From Eledone cirrhosa (taxonomy: Eukaryota): a DNA stretch of 64,000 bases. The DNA lies in the NCBI GenBank assembly GCA_964016885.1, contig OZ024741.1, positions 92,194,001 to 92,258,000 on the forward strand. Direction: 5' to 3'. Positions 24,945 through 38,897 of the stretch are shown here, piece after piece. The translations under genes and the position numbers were made by a program. Position 1 is the first letter of the stretch, and each line of letters begins with the position of its first letter. The notes under the pieces were generated by a model. That model saw only the letters and a program-made list of their open reading frames with translations. It ran no database searches and was not told the origin of the DNA.

Positions 24945-27000
24945 GCAGGGCTGAATTTAGAACGGGGGGGGGGGGACACTTCAGGTTTAAGAGGAGCCCT
25001 CATACACAAAAAAATTAAAATATTTAACAAACCCCAAGTTTACATTTCAAAGTTGGCTTGGTACATGGAATTGGAATTGTCAAATTAAATATACAAATGT
25101 TAAATGCAAAAGATCTGATCACCTTCATTTTAAGTGCACCTTCCGCACTGGCATGTATTGGATGGATTGTAAATGTATATATATATTAGTATCCTACCTG
25201 TTTGTATTCATTATAGTTGTGGTTATAAATTATGGCCTTCAGAATGTCTTTAGGGTTTCAGCATAATCATCTGTAATTTCTTTGGTTGACCTTTTTGTGC
25301 TGATTTAAGTTTTTCTTAATACCAAAGCATTCCAGGCTCTTGATGTTTCAACTTGCTCAACAAGCTCTTTGCTCAGATCAGACAATTATGAATTAGCCTC
25401 TCACATATGACTTGTATTAAAGATCATCATATACATTTCTTCTGAGAGTGTGCCATGAAATGTTGAGCTCCTTAGCAATAGTCATAATTGACTTTCTGTA
25501 TTTCTAATCGATAATTTTCAGCACTTTTTGTACAAATTTGGGTGTTCTGAAGGTATTAGGATCCTTAGCAGGTGTTTTACATTTGGCTATTACTATAGAA
25601 TCCTTATCAGCAGCTTCCACCTCTTTGCAGTCTTTGACAACAAATGACCATGCAAATTTCAGGAGGAAAGCTATCTCTAAATTACTATGCTCTGATTTTA
25701 AGGCAACGATTTTATGTCCTAAATGCAAAGTATGGGTGCATAAAAGATGTAGTGGGATCACAGGTAAGCTAACTAAGAACATAGATTTTACATGTGGCTG
25801 GTGCTCTGGTGCAACAAGTAGCAGCAAGTGCCCACAAACTACTAGCTCTTTCAATTGCGCAGAGGGTTCTATAGAAATAGTGGACAGCTTCCGTTACCTG
25901 GGCGATAAAATCAGCAGTGGGGGAGGGTGCTCTGAAAGTACTGTAGCTAGAGTCAGAACTGGTTGGAAAAAGTTCAGAGAGCTTATACCACTATTAGCTG
26001 CTAAAGGGTTCTCACTAAAAATGAAAGGCAGGTTGTACGATGCCTGCATACGAACAGCAATGCTGCATGGCAGTGAGACCTGGGCATTGTGTGCAGAGGA
26101 TATACGCAGACTAGAGAGGAACGAAGCTTGCATGCTCCGCTGGATGTGTAACAGTAATATACGTGAACGGCAAAGCATAAACGAACTAAGGAAAAAATTA
26201 GAGATAAGAGGGATCAGATGTTGTTTACTCGAGAGAAGGCTACGTTGGTATGGACACGTGATGCGCATGAAAGTCGATAGCTGTATAACAAAGTGCAGGG
26301 CAATAAAGATAGACGGTAGTCACGGAATAGGCAGACCTAGAAAAACCTGGGACGAGCTGATAAACTCCGACATCACACACTTACACCTCTCCAAGACAAT
26401 GTCACTGGACCGAGACCTTTGGCAGTACTCAGTAACAGAGAAGACCCGCCTTACCTAAATATATAGTAAAACCTACTCCAGCCAGTAGGCATCTCTAACA
26501 AAATACACCCCGTCCCACCACCCCCACCCCCACCCCATCCACACCACCCCGTTCTATGTAAAGTTATGTTGGTGCCGCGCCATCGAGGCCGAAACAAATG
26601 AGATCGTGTAGGTGTCACGACAAAAAAACACACAGTCCACGCTGTAATGTGGCCGTGTAGGCAACACGGTAAAAACCTCCCAGACCCACACTGTAAATGT
26701 GGTTGGTGTTAGGAAGGGCATCCAACTGTAGAAAACCTGCCAGACAGTCCTATGCGAGCAAGACAATCACTCTTGCCTCAAGTGGGACTACCCCCGTCCA
26801 AACCCATGCAAGCGTGGAACACGGACGTTAAACGTTGATGATGATGATGATGATGATGATTACAGCGTGCCTTTTCATTGGCTGAGTTAGCTTGATGTCT
26901 GTCATCAGTTATCTGAAAAGAAATTATAAGCAGAACAAGTGAGAAAAAAAGTTAGAGCTATTAAATGATGTGTCCTCAAAGAACTGAGCAACACTGTACA
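24945..27000 (-). mobile_element. decayed hAT-like transposon remnant interrupted by an RTE copy
   Basis: Degenerate 'P..ASAE' dimerisation-domain-like stretch near 25140-25165 and an ORF fragment at 25504-25705. Boundaries approximate. Confidence 0.3.
25709..26860 (+). mobile_element. young 5'-truncated RTE LINE copy
   Basis: Almost identical to the reverse complement of 16416-17567; the translations differ at only about 3 residues. Ends in (GAT)n. Confidence 0.95.
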
Positions 27001-27180
27001 ACAATAGCCATCACTTTCCTGCCCTTTCTGCAACTTTTTTCAAATAGATACCTGCTCATTTAAAGATGTCTTACACAATTGTATGCAACTTGACATTTCT
27101 TACCAAATCCTTCAAGATGTCCCCAATTTTTAGATATTTCTTGAACATGGACATTCTATGTTTAGTTAGTTCCATGTATA

Positions 27181-27395
27181 GGGCGGTGGATTGGCAGTAT
27201 CGGTACAGCATCGGACAACATGCTTTGTAGCATAGAGTTACGACACTTTACGTTCTAATTTCAAATCCTGCTAAGGTTAGCTTTGCCTTTCATCCTTACG
27301 AGGTTGATAAAATAAAGCACCAGTAACGAACTGGGGTCGATTTAATCAACTTCCCTCTCTCCCCAAATTCTTGGCCTTGTCCCTATAGTAGAATG
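27181..27395 (+). mobile_element. tRNA-derived Nin/Deu-like SINE
   Basis: GGGCGG start, A/B boxes, conserved central domain. Other copies at about 22700-22850, 23790-23915, 24470-24635(-), 27965-28150, 30728-30855, 41105-41180(-), 44065-44165 and 44590-44750. Confidence 0.8.
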
Positions 27396-28339
27396 TTAGT
27401 TTGTTGTTATTTGTAGATGCAGGTTTGGCTGAGTGGTTCAAAAGTTTGCTTTGCAATCATGAGGTTCTGAGTTCTATCACACTGTGTAGCAGCTTGAGCA
27501 AGTATCTTTACAATAGCCTCAAGTCGACCCAAACTTTGTAAGTTGAATTAAATAGATATAAACTGCGCAGAAGCCCACTGGATAGGCTGTACCTGTAATT
27601 CAAAAATCCAGTTTTGTTGCATATCATGTCATGCTGATTCAGCTTGAGCATTACATTAAGGGTATGCTTATTTGTGGAATTTCAACCACTTACACATTAA
27701 TTCACGAGACTGATGACTGTTGGATTGTATGACCGAATGCACAGTGCTGAAACTGAGAGGACACATCATCACCATCACCACAACCACCACCCTCCTCCTC
27801 CTCTCCCACGTCATCATGGTCGTCGTTTAAGTCGTCATCGCCATCATCATCATCATCAATTTATTGTTATTTAGTACATTGAGTCTATTCTTATATTCGT
27901 GTGCCATTGTAGTTGCCAAAGTTGTAAAACATCACAACTGTGATGGAGAGGGAATCTCATACTTGCGGTCATTGGCAGTATCGGTAGAGGGTTGGACGCC
28001 ATGCTTTCCAGCATAGTTACGTCCCTTTACGATCTGAGTTCAAATCCCGCCGAGGTTTACTTTGCCTTTCATCCTTACGGGGTCGATAAAATAAAAGTAC
28101 CAGTAATGCACTGATTTATTGCTGGCCTTGTGCCTAAAGTAGAAACAATTATATCATTATAAGTTCCGTATTATATTAATTAAGTCCATTGACAAAGTGC
28201 TCGAGTAATGTGTGTGTGTGTGTGTGGGTGCGCGCGCATGTGTGTGTGTGGGGGGGTGTCAGTCTGTCTGTGTATGTGCGTGTATCAGTGCATCGAACCG
28301 ATTGAAAAAATAATTTCTGAAATGAGATCCATTGTTAAT

Positions 28340-28400
28340 GATACCCGTTTCGCAACGCGGAAGTAGTAGTAACGTTGAATAGCGAAGTCTCCATCCGTGA
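28340..28400. promoter_or_regulatory. candidate promoter region upstream of KLHL18
   Basis: Local CpG enrichment with an ETS-type CGGAAGT motif (28358-28364) at the start of the repeat-free region that leads into exon 1. Confidence 0.3.
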
Positions 28401-29713
28401 CCATCGGTTGAGTCTATACAGTAAGATTAATAATATGATAAGATTTGAAGCTGGACAAGATCAACACAAACTACCGTCCAGGAAAAAATTGCTTTGTCAA
28501 TGAAGGGGAGATAACTGTAATATCTATATAAGAAGACACACTCACGCGGCGCTTCTAACTAATGACAATTATTTACACGGACGAGATATTTCAAGTAGAA
28601 CAAGTGATATTATAATTGATACAATGGATTATTATTATATTTAGTTTCACAAATGTGTAATATATACTGTCAGAGTGTCTTTACAGTCGTTTGAAAGAAA
28701 ATCAAGTGTGTAAATACTCAGGAATATGCTGTAATTTAGTCGCTGTTACTCTCCGAAATTTGCCTAGTAATGTTAATGTCGGTATGTGGCTGCCGATAAC
28801 AAACATCACATAATCCTTCCTGCCTACAAAAGAGTAGAGAGAGTAGACGAAAAGAATGAGGATTATAATTATGAGAACTGTTTGTTGAATATTGTGGTCA
28901 GTGGAAGAGCTAAGGATGTGTTGCTGTTGTGTTTCCTGAAACCCCAAACCCGTTCGCTTTATTTGTTTCCCCAATGCAGCAGTCATTCTCTTCGAACCGA
29001 ACATCTTCCCACCAGCCAGGTCCATCGTTCGAACCATCGGGAGTGGTGCTGTTACAACAGTATCCTCCTTATTTTCAAGCCAACCAGTCTCTATATATAC
29101 GGACAAACGATGGACTATCCAAAAAAACACAACTGATGTATCATTATTATAGGTTACACAGAACATTCCAACATTTTTCTTCTTGACAACGTTCTTTGTT
29201 TCTATTTCACTTTTTTTAAATATTTATTTGTTTGTACCTTTTTCGAAAACAAAACCACTTAGAGTCATCTAGGATGTAGTTTCGTGACAAAAGCTGTAAC
29301 TGATACAAAAGATAAATATCCGGAGATAATGAGATTATGACTGAGTCTGAACCAACAATATTAACTACCATCATCATCAACAACAACAGCCAGTGAAGAA
29401 AGATCCTTATTTTAGATCGTCAGTTATTACAACAGTGAACATCAAGTATGTCGGAACGATTGAACAACTGAGATTTCACAGACCTCTGCTGGTCCGTTAT
29501 AATACTACTGACAGTAAATATTTTTAATATTGTTATCGGTAAACAGCGATTCTGGATCAACAACAACCTGGAGCCGAATGTGTACCTAGCAACAGCGAGG
29601 TACCGTCGGCTTGGTGTGCCGAGGAGTTGGAGCAAGATTTATTTCCACCCTGGGCCACGGTGGCGGCCCTGCGGGGTGCTGCCGCTGCGGCAGCATCCTC
29701 GACGCTGTCGTCT

Positions 29714-29908
29714 ATGGCGACAACGCCCTCCACATCTTCATCCCTGATCGCAACCGGTGTTGGGGCCGGGACCCAGTTGCCAGGGTTATGTGGAGAAAGC
29801 ACGTCAGAGGAATCTGCTGTGTATATCAACAACAACCTACCCACTAATGCCTTTCCGGCCATTGAGGATATCCGTCGAAAGGGAAAGCTCTGTGATGTAA
29901 CATTAAAG
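29714..29908 (+). CDS. KLHL18: Kelch-like protein 18, coding exon 1
   Basis: First in-frame ATG after TAA at 29540. MATTPST...AFPAIEDIRRKGKLCDVTLK then GTAAGT donor; 195 nt, phase 0. Confidence 0.88.
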
Positions 29909-32339
29909 GTAAGTTAGTCACATCTTTAAGTTCTCTTCTAAAGTTTACGGCGTTCTTTCGTTTTAAGTAGACGGCAATCTCTAACCAATAATTTAATTTT
30001 AAATTCATTCAAATTAATTATTTACATAAAATCAATTACAATAATTTTCTTTCATGTTTTCTTTAATCATTATCAAATGTAATTTAATTTTAAACGTTTT
30101 CTGTTACTAATATATAATTCTGAATTTACATATACAAAATTCCTGTACATATCTGAAAAAGAGATAAGGTGATGTGTATGCATGTGATGTTTCAAATAAA
30201 TCATTCAAAATTTCCATTTACAACTCAATCAAATATCGTTCATGTTCATGTTATTATGTACAGCGATTACTGTCTATTTAAAACGAAAGAACGTCAAGTT
30301 TTGACACCACGTTGTCTGCTAAAATATTGTAACCTAATAAATATAATTAGGTCATCAATCAAGTTTTTATTCACTGTTGTATAAATAACATTACAAATTG
30401 TTCTTTCAGAATGAAAATATAAACTCAAATTTAAACACATATAATAAATACAATTAACTATTACTAGGAACCTCAGAAATACAACCCACCAAAATATACG
30501 ATCAAAGCGAGAGAAAGACACAAAAAGGAAACAAAAACAAAAACGACCATCAATTCACCACCAAGTGCGACAATAAGCCGCACATCACAAGAGTCAACGG
30601 AAATTGTTGATCACTTAGTAATGGGTGTTGTTTAGCCCTTAATTGGTTCCGATCGAGCAGACCTATGGTCAAAGATATTGAAATCATTCATGACCAACCA
30701 ATTATTGTTAATATTATTATTAATATTAAGGATGAAAGGCAAAGTTAATCCTGCCGAGGATAACTTTGCCTTTCATCCTTACGGGGTCGATAAAATAAAG
30801 TACCAGTAATGTACTGGAGTAATTGCTGGCCTTGTGCCAAAAGTAGAAACAATTATTATTAATATTGTTGATATTATTTCTGGCTCTACCGTCCTGTGTT
30901 CAAATCTCACCGAGGTCAACTTTAACTTTCATCCTTCTGGGATCGTTAAAATAAAGTAGCAGTAAATTATTGAGATTTAATCCCCCCCCCCCCCACACAC
31001 ACACACCACCACCACCACCACCACCACCTAAATTGGAAATTATTATTTTTATTATTTATTATTTTCAGATATAGTGAGTCTCAGATTACATATCCAATGT
31101 CTTAAATGTGGTAGAGTGATTTAAGGAAGATTTGGTTGCTATTTCTACCATGCTGAGAAAACACGTAGACTAGGGTGATGAACCTCTCGCCCACAGACGA
31201 AACTTCGCCTGCATTCTTATTTGAAATCGTCCACTGACGAAATCTTTAAAAACCTATATAAAAATTGTTTTTAATTAAAAAAAAATAATGGTCTAAACTT
31301 TAGGACCCAAAACTAAAGATATGTAAACTTAACTCTTTTGATACAAAACCAATTAAAACTATCCCTGGATCTATGAAACAAATTATATGATACAAAAGCT
31401 GTTTATTATAAAATGTTTGTTTATTAAAAACCTTCCATCATAATTTTATGTAAGAACCTTTATTTTCCAAACACTAAATTGATAATGAGTAAGTTAACTA
31501 TTATTATTAAACATCTTCAAATTCTTCATTATTTTCAGAATTATTTGAAAATCATTGTGTATTTTATACGAAATAAGTTAAAGTTTTTATATCCATCTAA
31601 AATTCTTCCATTATAATTTTATGTAAGAATCTTTAAATTATTCTCCAAGCATCAACTGAATGAGAAAGCTAGTTATCTTATTAAACCCTTAAAATTCTTG
31701 GTTATTTTTAAAGCTATTTGAAAATTATAGGCAGTTTTTCATATGTTAATAACTCATGTACCCATGCAGGTTCTCATACATACACAATTCGCCCCTGCTA
31801 TGAAAAAGATTCCTCACACTTGACGTAGGAGCCACTTCGTCTGCTCTTTAATTAATCAGTCTGTTGGTACTACCCCGTGGAAAGCACCGACCAATAAGTA
31901 GCAGTTAGCACTTGACTAAAGAAATCTGTGCCTCATTTCTGAATTATGTTTAACCCTTTTGATACCAAACCACCTGAAACCACCCATAGTTCTACAATAT
32001 AAAAATCTATCATCATACATTTATAGATTCCAAACACTAACTTAATCAGAAAGTTAGTTAAATTACTAGAATCTTGAAATATATTTTATTCAGGGTTGTA
32101 TAAATGTTAAAAATTGTTTATAATTCTTACAGAATGGAAATATAAACATATATACAATTAATTATTGCTATCAACATATTACAAATAAAAGAGAAAAAAA
32201 AAAGAAAGGAAAAAACATACACACATCTAGTACCACATACAATAAAAGGCAAGTAGAAGGGGTGGACAAATGAACCGCTGCCAGAGCAAAAAATAACAAT
32301 ATTGCGAGGAGCACAGGGAAACCTCTCTAATAATTTTTT

Positions 32340-32770
32340 AGGCTAGTTGGCAGTGTTACCTTGGGTGATGGCAAGGCTGATGCGCTGGAACAGCCAAGCA
32401 CCTTCATGAGCATAACCAGTTATCTTGGTTAGGCGAGCCGCCAGTGAAAACAAAAACCTTGCAGTTAGCGGTCCAACTCCCCCAAACACCACAGGCTGGA
32501 AAAGATAGTAAACTGACAGATCACAGCATTTCAGGATTTGTTGCATTCAACTGGGGAAAATGTAACTCTCACCCTAACCACAGTAACCAGGATGTAGGAA
32601 GAAACAAAAGAGTCACTTACTGTGACCCAGATAAGACACCTGCCTCTTATCCAGGGGCACAGGGTAAGACCGTTAGGTCTTTTCCCATCAATTCTGGATA
32701 ACCCAGATGGTTCCAAAATTGAGGGGATGTTTGCTGGGGCTAAAGCTCTCTAGATGATGAGGTTTAGCTT
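32340..32770 (-). mobile_element. CRE-like non-LTR retrotransposon 3' fragment
   Basis: RPNGLTL.PW...LIW.VTV and LFQRISLAITQGN restriction-like endonuclease motifs. Confidence 0.7.
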
Positions 32771-33349
32771 GATTATTTTCAAAATTATTTGAAAAGCATA
32801 AGCAGTGTATTTCATATTAAAAAATGGTAATGAAGAGTTAAATTTACTTCACTTATTTCATAGTATTTGGGAAAGGCATGAATATAACACAGGCACATTT
32901 CTCACTCTAAGGCCTCTCTCTCTCCAAAAAATAACACCTGATGTGTAACCTCAAGAATATATCTAGTATCATTGACAATAGATCTTATTTCAGACTTTTT
33001 TCCTAATCGGTCCAATTCACTGATAGATGTACATTCACACACAAACACACACTGTACTTCTGTTTACTATATAAAAGACTAACTTGATTAAAAAATATAT
33101 ATAAATTCTACATCTCTGGACTGGTGCTTAGTTCCAGTTTTGTAACATTTAGTGGAGGAGAAATAAACATTTCCTTGGATAGATGCTAGCCTATCATAGG
33201 TATTAATTTACTTGATTTGGTAGCTAGGTACCTACATAGAATGGAATGGTTTCGAACGAGAGTATTCCAGTTGTTCGATGAACAGAGCAGCCTACTCATA
33301 AAATTAACGTGTATGTGTCTGAGTATTCCACAGACACATGTCCCCTTAA

Positions 33350-33562
33350 CCCTTTAAAACCGGCCGTATCGGGCCAGAATTCTCACCTCTTTCTGTTCAA
33401 ACTGGCTGTAATTGGCTGCTCATACTGATGTTAAGGTATTGTTCTCAAAATAAATGATATCAAAATCTCATAGATTTGCTATAATGTGAGATAATTATGT
33501 GAGGTAAAGCTGTTATCATGAAAATATAATAGTAAATATAGAGTAATGTAAATGCTAAAGGG
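33350..33562. mobile_element. TTAA-flanked MITE (piggyBac-like termini)
   Basis: TTAA|CCCTTTA ... TAAAGGG|TTAA. Second copy at about 34845-35023. A different TTAA/CCCTTT family occurs at about 31330-31745, 31950-32060, 63300-63549 and 63611-63823. Confidence 0.7.
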
Positions 33563-35629
33563 TTAAAGTAATTTGCAAGGAAACTTAGCTTTGTTGCCTA
33601 ACAAGCTGAAGATCGTAAGCTGTTGAAGTATCAGCCACTTCCTCATAAGTTTGTCATTCAACCTACAGTAGCTGAGACTTCTGGTATTGTTGGTTCCTGA
33701 ACTACCTCTCTACTCATTGCTATTGAGTTTGCCATCAACAGGAGTGAGCCTCATGAGATGGAATGACTATTTCATTACGTCTCCCCTCCTATCCCACAGA
33801 GGTAATGATTTCCCTATTCTGTCCCCTAGAACCATGCAGTGGCTTATACCTAGGGTCCTGTATGCCAGATAATGTTCTCCCACATTGTCCACCATGTATT
33901 ATTGGAGTAGCAATGGTATAGGTTGCTGATATGTATGCCTACACACACATTTAACTATACAAGCCAATCTAAGCTAAAACATGTTCCAATTGTGACCATC
34001 TTTTCTTTTATTGATTTCAGTCATTAGAGTGCAGCCATGCTAAGGCACCACCTTGAAGGGATTTAGTCAATCATATCAATCTCAGTACTTATTTTTACAA
34101 GTCTAGTATTTTTTATCGATCAACACAGTCAATGAAAAAATATATTAGTTTAACACTTGATATAGTAGGAAAAGTGTCTTTACATTTCAGTTCTTTATCA
34201 AAAGATAGAATGAGAAATAAAAGATAGGGAGTGAGAAGGGGAAAGAACGGAAAAAGCATGTGTCTATTCAGTCAGCCAATATATGTGTGTGTAAAAAGTA
34301 AACAGAAATAACAAAGCAAACAACTCAGTACAATGAAGAAATATATTAGTTGAATGCTTGAAAAAATAGGAAAGAGTCTTTTATTTTGGGGGATGGTCAT
34401 TTTGCCAATAAAAAAATACATGCAGTAATTAGACTTTCACTTCAGCTTTATTATTATTAGTCATTGTTTATTTTGTTAAAGCTTTTTCATCACACATTCT
34501 GTGACTTCCTCAAGGACTATCTATTCTTCTTCTATGAAGAAAGACAAGATGGAATAAACAGAATAAGGCCAGAAAGAAGAGGAGGCACAGAAGAACAAAT
34601 AGTCATTGAAGAAGTCACTGAATGTGTGATGAAAGATCTTCGACGAAATAACCAATAACTAATTATAATAAAGCTGAAGTGAAAGTCAAATAGTGTGTGA
34701 GTTTTTTATTGGCAAAATTGGCAAAATGACCATTCCTAAATATAACAATATCTCTTTCAACACATGATTTCACATCAAGAATCTTGCAAAACAAATATGT
34801 GTGTATGTGTAAAAACTAAAAGCAGAAATACACTGAAGTATATTTAAACCGGCCGTATCCAGCCAGGATTCTCTCTCATCTTTCTGTTCAAACCAGCTGT
34901 AACTGGTCACTCATACTGATGTTAAGGTATTAACATCAGTATATAGATTTGATATGTGAGGTAGAGCATTTACCATGAAAATATAATAGTAAATATAGAG
35001 TAATGTAAATGCTAAAGGGTTAAAGAATCTCTTTTTCTTAAATCCAACAAATCAAACATTTCTATATTTAATATGTCAAATAAAATTAAGTTTTATCAAA
35101 GATTGTTTACTGGTTACAGCAATCAAACCAAATAATAATTTAAAAAAAAATATTTAAAAAATTCTGTCCTCATATTTTGCAAATTTTTAAACAAATGAGT
35201 ATCTTCAATAAAAGTTTCTTATAAATATTTTTGTGTAGTTGAGGTGGTGTGGGGGGAAGTAGGGTTCAACAGGTCAGGATTCAATTGATTTAATAGAAAA
35301 TTCAGTAGATTCAAATAGAACATTTTTTTTCTATTCAAATAAACATCCAGAAAGCAGTATGGTGTACTGTGTGTATGTATGGATCAAAAGTTCAAGATAA
35401 TTTTAGACGATTTTTTTCCTTTTATAAATAATTTGTTTTCATAATTAATTATAAAAATAATGAAAAAAAAAAAAGGACGGGGTTAAGAAGTGTAGATCTG
35501 GCTGTATAGGAAAATAAAGGAAAGGACTATAGATGCCATAAATGAGAAGAAAGGTGGGGTAAGAGCAAGAACTATTAGGCCATGGATGAAGGGCTCTACA
35601 TCTGGGTTGGGGCAGTGTTTTGGCTGCGC

Positions 35630-37230
35630 CTAGTGGAGAAATGTGCTAAGGCATTTCAGCAGGCAATGGCCAATGATACCCACTGCAACAACCACCCCCA
35701 CCTCGTGGGGCTCCTTCCTCAAACAGGATACTGACATTCTGATTTTATGGAGGAGCTCAGCTGTACAGGGTCCAAGGATGCCTGAGGTCTTGACGGCGAC
35801 TGGTGCAAAGAGGAAGCAGCCAGACAAGCTCAGGTATTTGTTTGTCTTCCTGTCCTCTGCATTGCAAGCCGTGGTATGGGGGTTTGTAACCAAAACATCT
35901 AAGTTGGAAGCAGAGAGAGATTTACCTCTTTCAAATAGGAAGAGGATAATTGTATCAGAGCGATTGCTGTTTCCACTGTTAATGCCTACTAACTCAAGTT
36001 GTCAATGGAAGCCAGCTCATCCAGGCTCCTTCTCAATATGTCGTTGAGAGAGCATGTCAGAGAAATCAGTTAGCGCTCTGGTGGCATGACTGCCTCACAA
36101 TGGCATTTGTCTGGCTCACACATGTGGAGGCCAAGACTGGGCCACTCCAATGCATGTGCACTCTTCATCAAGAAGAGTGCCAGTTGATGAGGTCACTGAA
36201 TTGAGCCATGCACCGTTGTTTGGCTGCAACGCAGATAGAAGGCAGGTGAGGCAGTGTTGATCCAAGCCTTACCCACTCAATCCGCCTAAAGGAAGACCTG
36301 CACTTGATGTCTTCCCAGTTATGTTGGACATTTGTATATTGGGGGACAGAGTGGCCTTCACCTGTCCAGTAGGCCAGAGTCTGCTCCATGTCACGTATTG
36401 GCTGTCTTGCTGAAGACCTTGCTGGTTATATTGAGGAGAGGTAGGATAGTAGTGCCAGATCCAAAGCGGATCGGAAGCCACAGCCACCAAACCTTACTGG
36501 CAGCTTCATCTGTTGCCAGCTGGCACTGTCAAAACTAACATTGCAGATGAGTTCTGCACAGCACCAAATGGTGGCATCAAGTTCACCGAGATTATATGCA
36601 TGAGGGTATCAAGCTGCACCATGCAATATGAACAAGAATTTGGGAAGGGTGAAGCAATTCCTCTGGAGGAAGAGCACTGGGTGTGTGTCGATGAGGCCAT
36701 TCTAGTCAAGTCTGCATGCTTGGTCTCCAGCCACTCTCGAAAGGCTTCTTGAGAGAATTGAGGAGCCGAGAATGCAGGCAGTGTCTTTGGACATGATCCG
36801 AGCCCCGAACAAGACAGGATGGATGCTAAGTATGCCGTTGTGCAATTCATTTTCTCCATAGCTAACGTTTATCACCTCTGACTTGGATGGGTTGATCTCA
36901 AATCTGAGGAGCTTTAGAGCTGGGATGATTAGCCAAAGGTCCTCAACAACCGTCTCAGCCGAGCTACCCAGGCTCATGTCGTTCAGGTACCAGATGTTGA
37001 AGAGCGACCAGGCAGAGCGGGCAATGCCATCAACTGCCAGTACAAAGAGGAGCTGGCTGAATGGATCTCCTTGATGGACACCCATAGTGGAAGAAACCTT
37101 ATCTATGGCTATGTGTATGTTGTGTCTTCCATACGAGAGGTGAACAAGAGGGTAGATTGAGGGGGCTTGTCTGAGACACGTCTCTAAGACATGATCCTAC
37201 CTAATGCTATTGAAAGTGTATCTCATGTCA
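35630..37230 (-). mobile_element. decayed CRE-like non-LTR retrotransposon (RT to RLE)
   Basis: GVHQGDPFSQLLF, WYLND, EINPSKSE, ILGS, and a 3' FAPVAVKTSG.LGP motif; many frameshifts. Related 3' piece at about 42320-42508. Confidence 0.75.
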
Positions 37231-38047
37231 ATGGGGTGTTGGAGATAATGGCAGAATATAGTAATTGAGGAGAGTATGGTGGTGATGGTAGATGTGTAAA
37301 GGGATAGAATGAGAGAGAAGTAGAAAGAGAGTGATGTTATAGTAACAATATAGATATAAAAAATATATACTGATATAAAGATGACTAAAAAGGGAACCTG
37401 TTGAGGGAGGCGGGGTTCTACTAAAAGTTTGTGAAGGAAGAAAAATATTTTAGTGAAAATTTCCTTGGCAATAAGCTGTTGGAAAGATGATGTTTTTTTA
37501 TTTTATTTTAGTGGTATGTGTGGTTGTACATACATTCATTCACTTACAGATGTATGTAATTTTGCTGCTCGCACCTATAGATTATTATTTAGTAATTAAT
37601 TGTTAACAATTATACGTTTAAGTATAGGCTATATTTGTTAATAAATTGTTTTTATTAATTTTTTTTCTGTTCTGTAATGAGGGGGAATATTTTAAAGTTG
37701 GGTAAGTTTATTTCTGCACACGTTACAATGTGATTATTTAAGGAGATGTCTGGTGTTTTCATTATGGATTTCTTGGCAGTGTATGGTCACCCTTTTACTT
37801 AATGACAATCCCATATGTCCTATGTAATTTTGCAAACATCCACAGCATGGTATCACATAGATTTGAATAGACATATATATATCATCATCATCGTTTTAAT
37901 GCCTTTGTATTTGTATAAATCTGACAAATTACTACAGTTTTTGTCTACAAAATTTCACTCACATGGCATTGATCAATCTAAGCCTATAGTAAAAGGCCTT
38001 TTTAACTAATTTCTTATGTATGTACACCCAACTTATCAAGCAAATGG

Positions 38048-38276
38048 ATTGTGTGCAAAAACTGTTGAATTTACTTGTCATTTATTTTCTGGTATCAAAA
38101 TTTATGTTGCACTATTCACAACCTGGTCACTGACACAGTTTTACAGTTCAACTCAGTTGCAGTGGAACCTGCAACAGAACTGTGTCAGTGACTTGGTCAC
38201 AAACAGAACAATGTAAATTTTGACACCAAAAAATAATTAATAAATATGAAGTGAAGTAAACAGTTTTTGCACACAA
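38048..38276. mobile_element. fold-back MITE-like element
   Basis: attgtgtgcaaaaactgtt ... aacagtttttgcacacaat termini and an internal gtcactgacacagtt/aactgtgtcagtgac stem. Confidence 0.6.
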
Positions 38277-38897
38277 TTCATGTTTCTGATAATTCTAAAA
38301 CATTGGAAATTAGTTAAATATAAAAAGTGTGGGTGTGTCAGTAACCAGGTCGTAAACAGAGCAACAAAAAAGTTTGGCACCAGGAAATAAATGATAAATG
38401 TAAATTGAATTTAACAATTTTTTGTGTGTTTTTGAATGTCTAAAATGACTCTTCCACAGTGTAATTGCTTCATTTTCAAAACTAGGTCTCAGATCAACTT
38501 GCCTGCCAAACAAATACAATAGTTTTTCTCCAAGATTTCATTCTTCCCCTCCTTCTTTCACTCCCTGTTCTCTCACATACAACAGTTCAAAAAAGAACAT
38601 TAACTGCACTAGATGTCCATATGATGTCCCAATCAATGGTTCGAGGTGGGGTGGAATGGAGTTGTGGGTTAGGGTCAAGAAAGAAAACAACTATGGACAC
38701 TGCCAATAGTTGGCACATAAACAAGTGTGTATATGTATAAGTATGTATATCAGAGAGAGAATGTATATGTGAGTGTGTGACAAAGTAGCAAAGGTTATGA
38801 TTTTAAATGAATTCATAAGCAAACAATTCATCCATGACAATCTATCTTCAACAATCCATTTATGACTATTTATCTACAGATATAATTCATTTATATA

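Noticed and set aside
25538-26458. 306-aa ORF as a novel fusion gene
   Set aside because: The first ~57 codons are chance-open flanking sequence; the rest is a truncated RTE copy.
28702-29186. Overlapping 85-154 aa ORFs upstream of KLHL18
   Set aside because: No recognisable domains, mostly non-ATG starts, both strands; not supportable as CDS.
34175-34206. Degenerate hammerhead-like relic (also about 56595-56630)
   Set aside because: Core and helices are too decayed to call, although they probably derive from PLE pLTRs.
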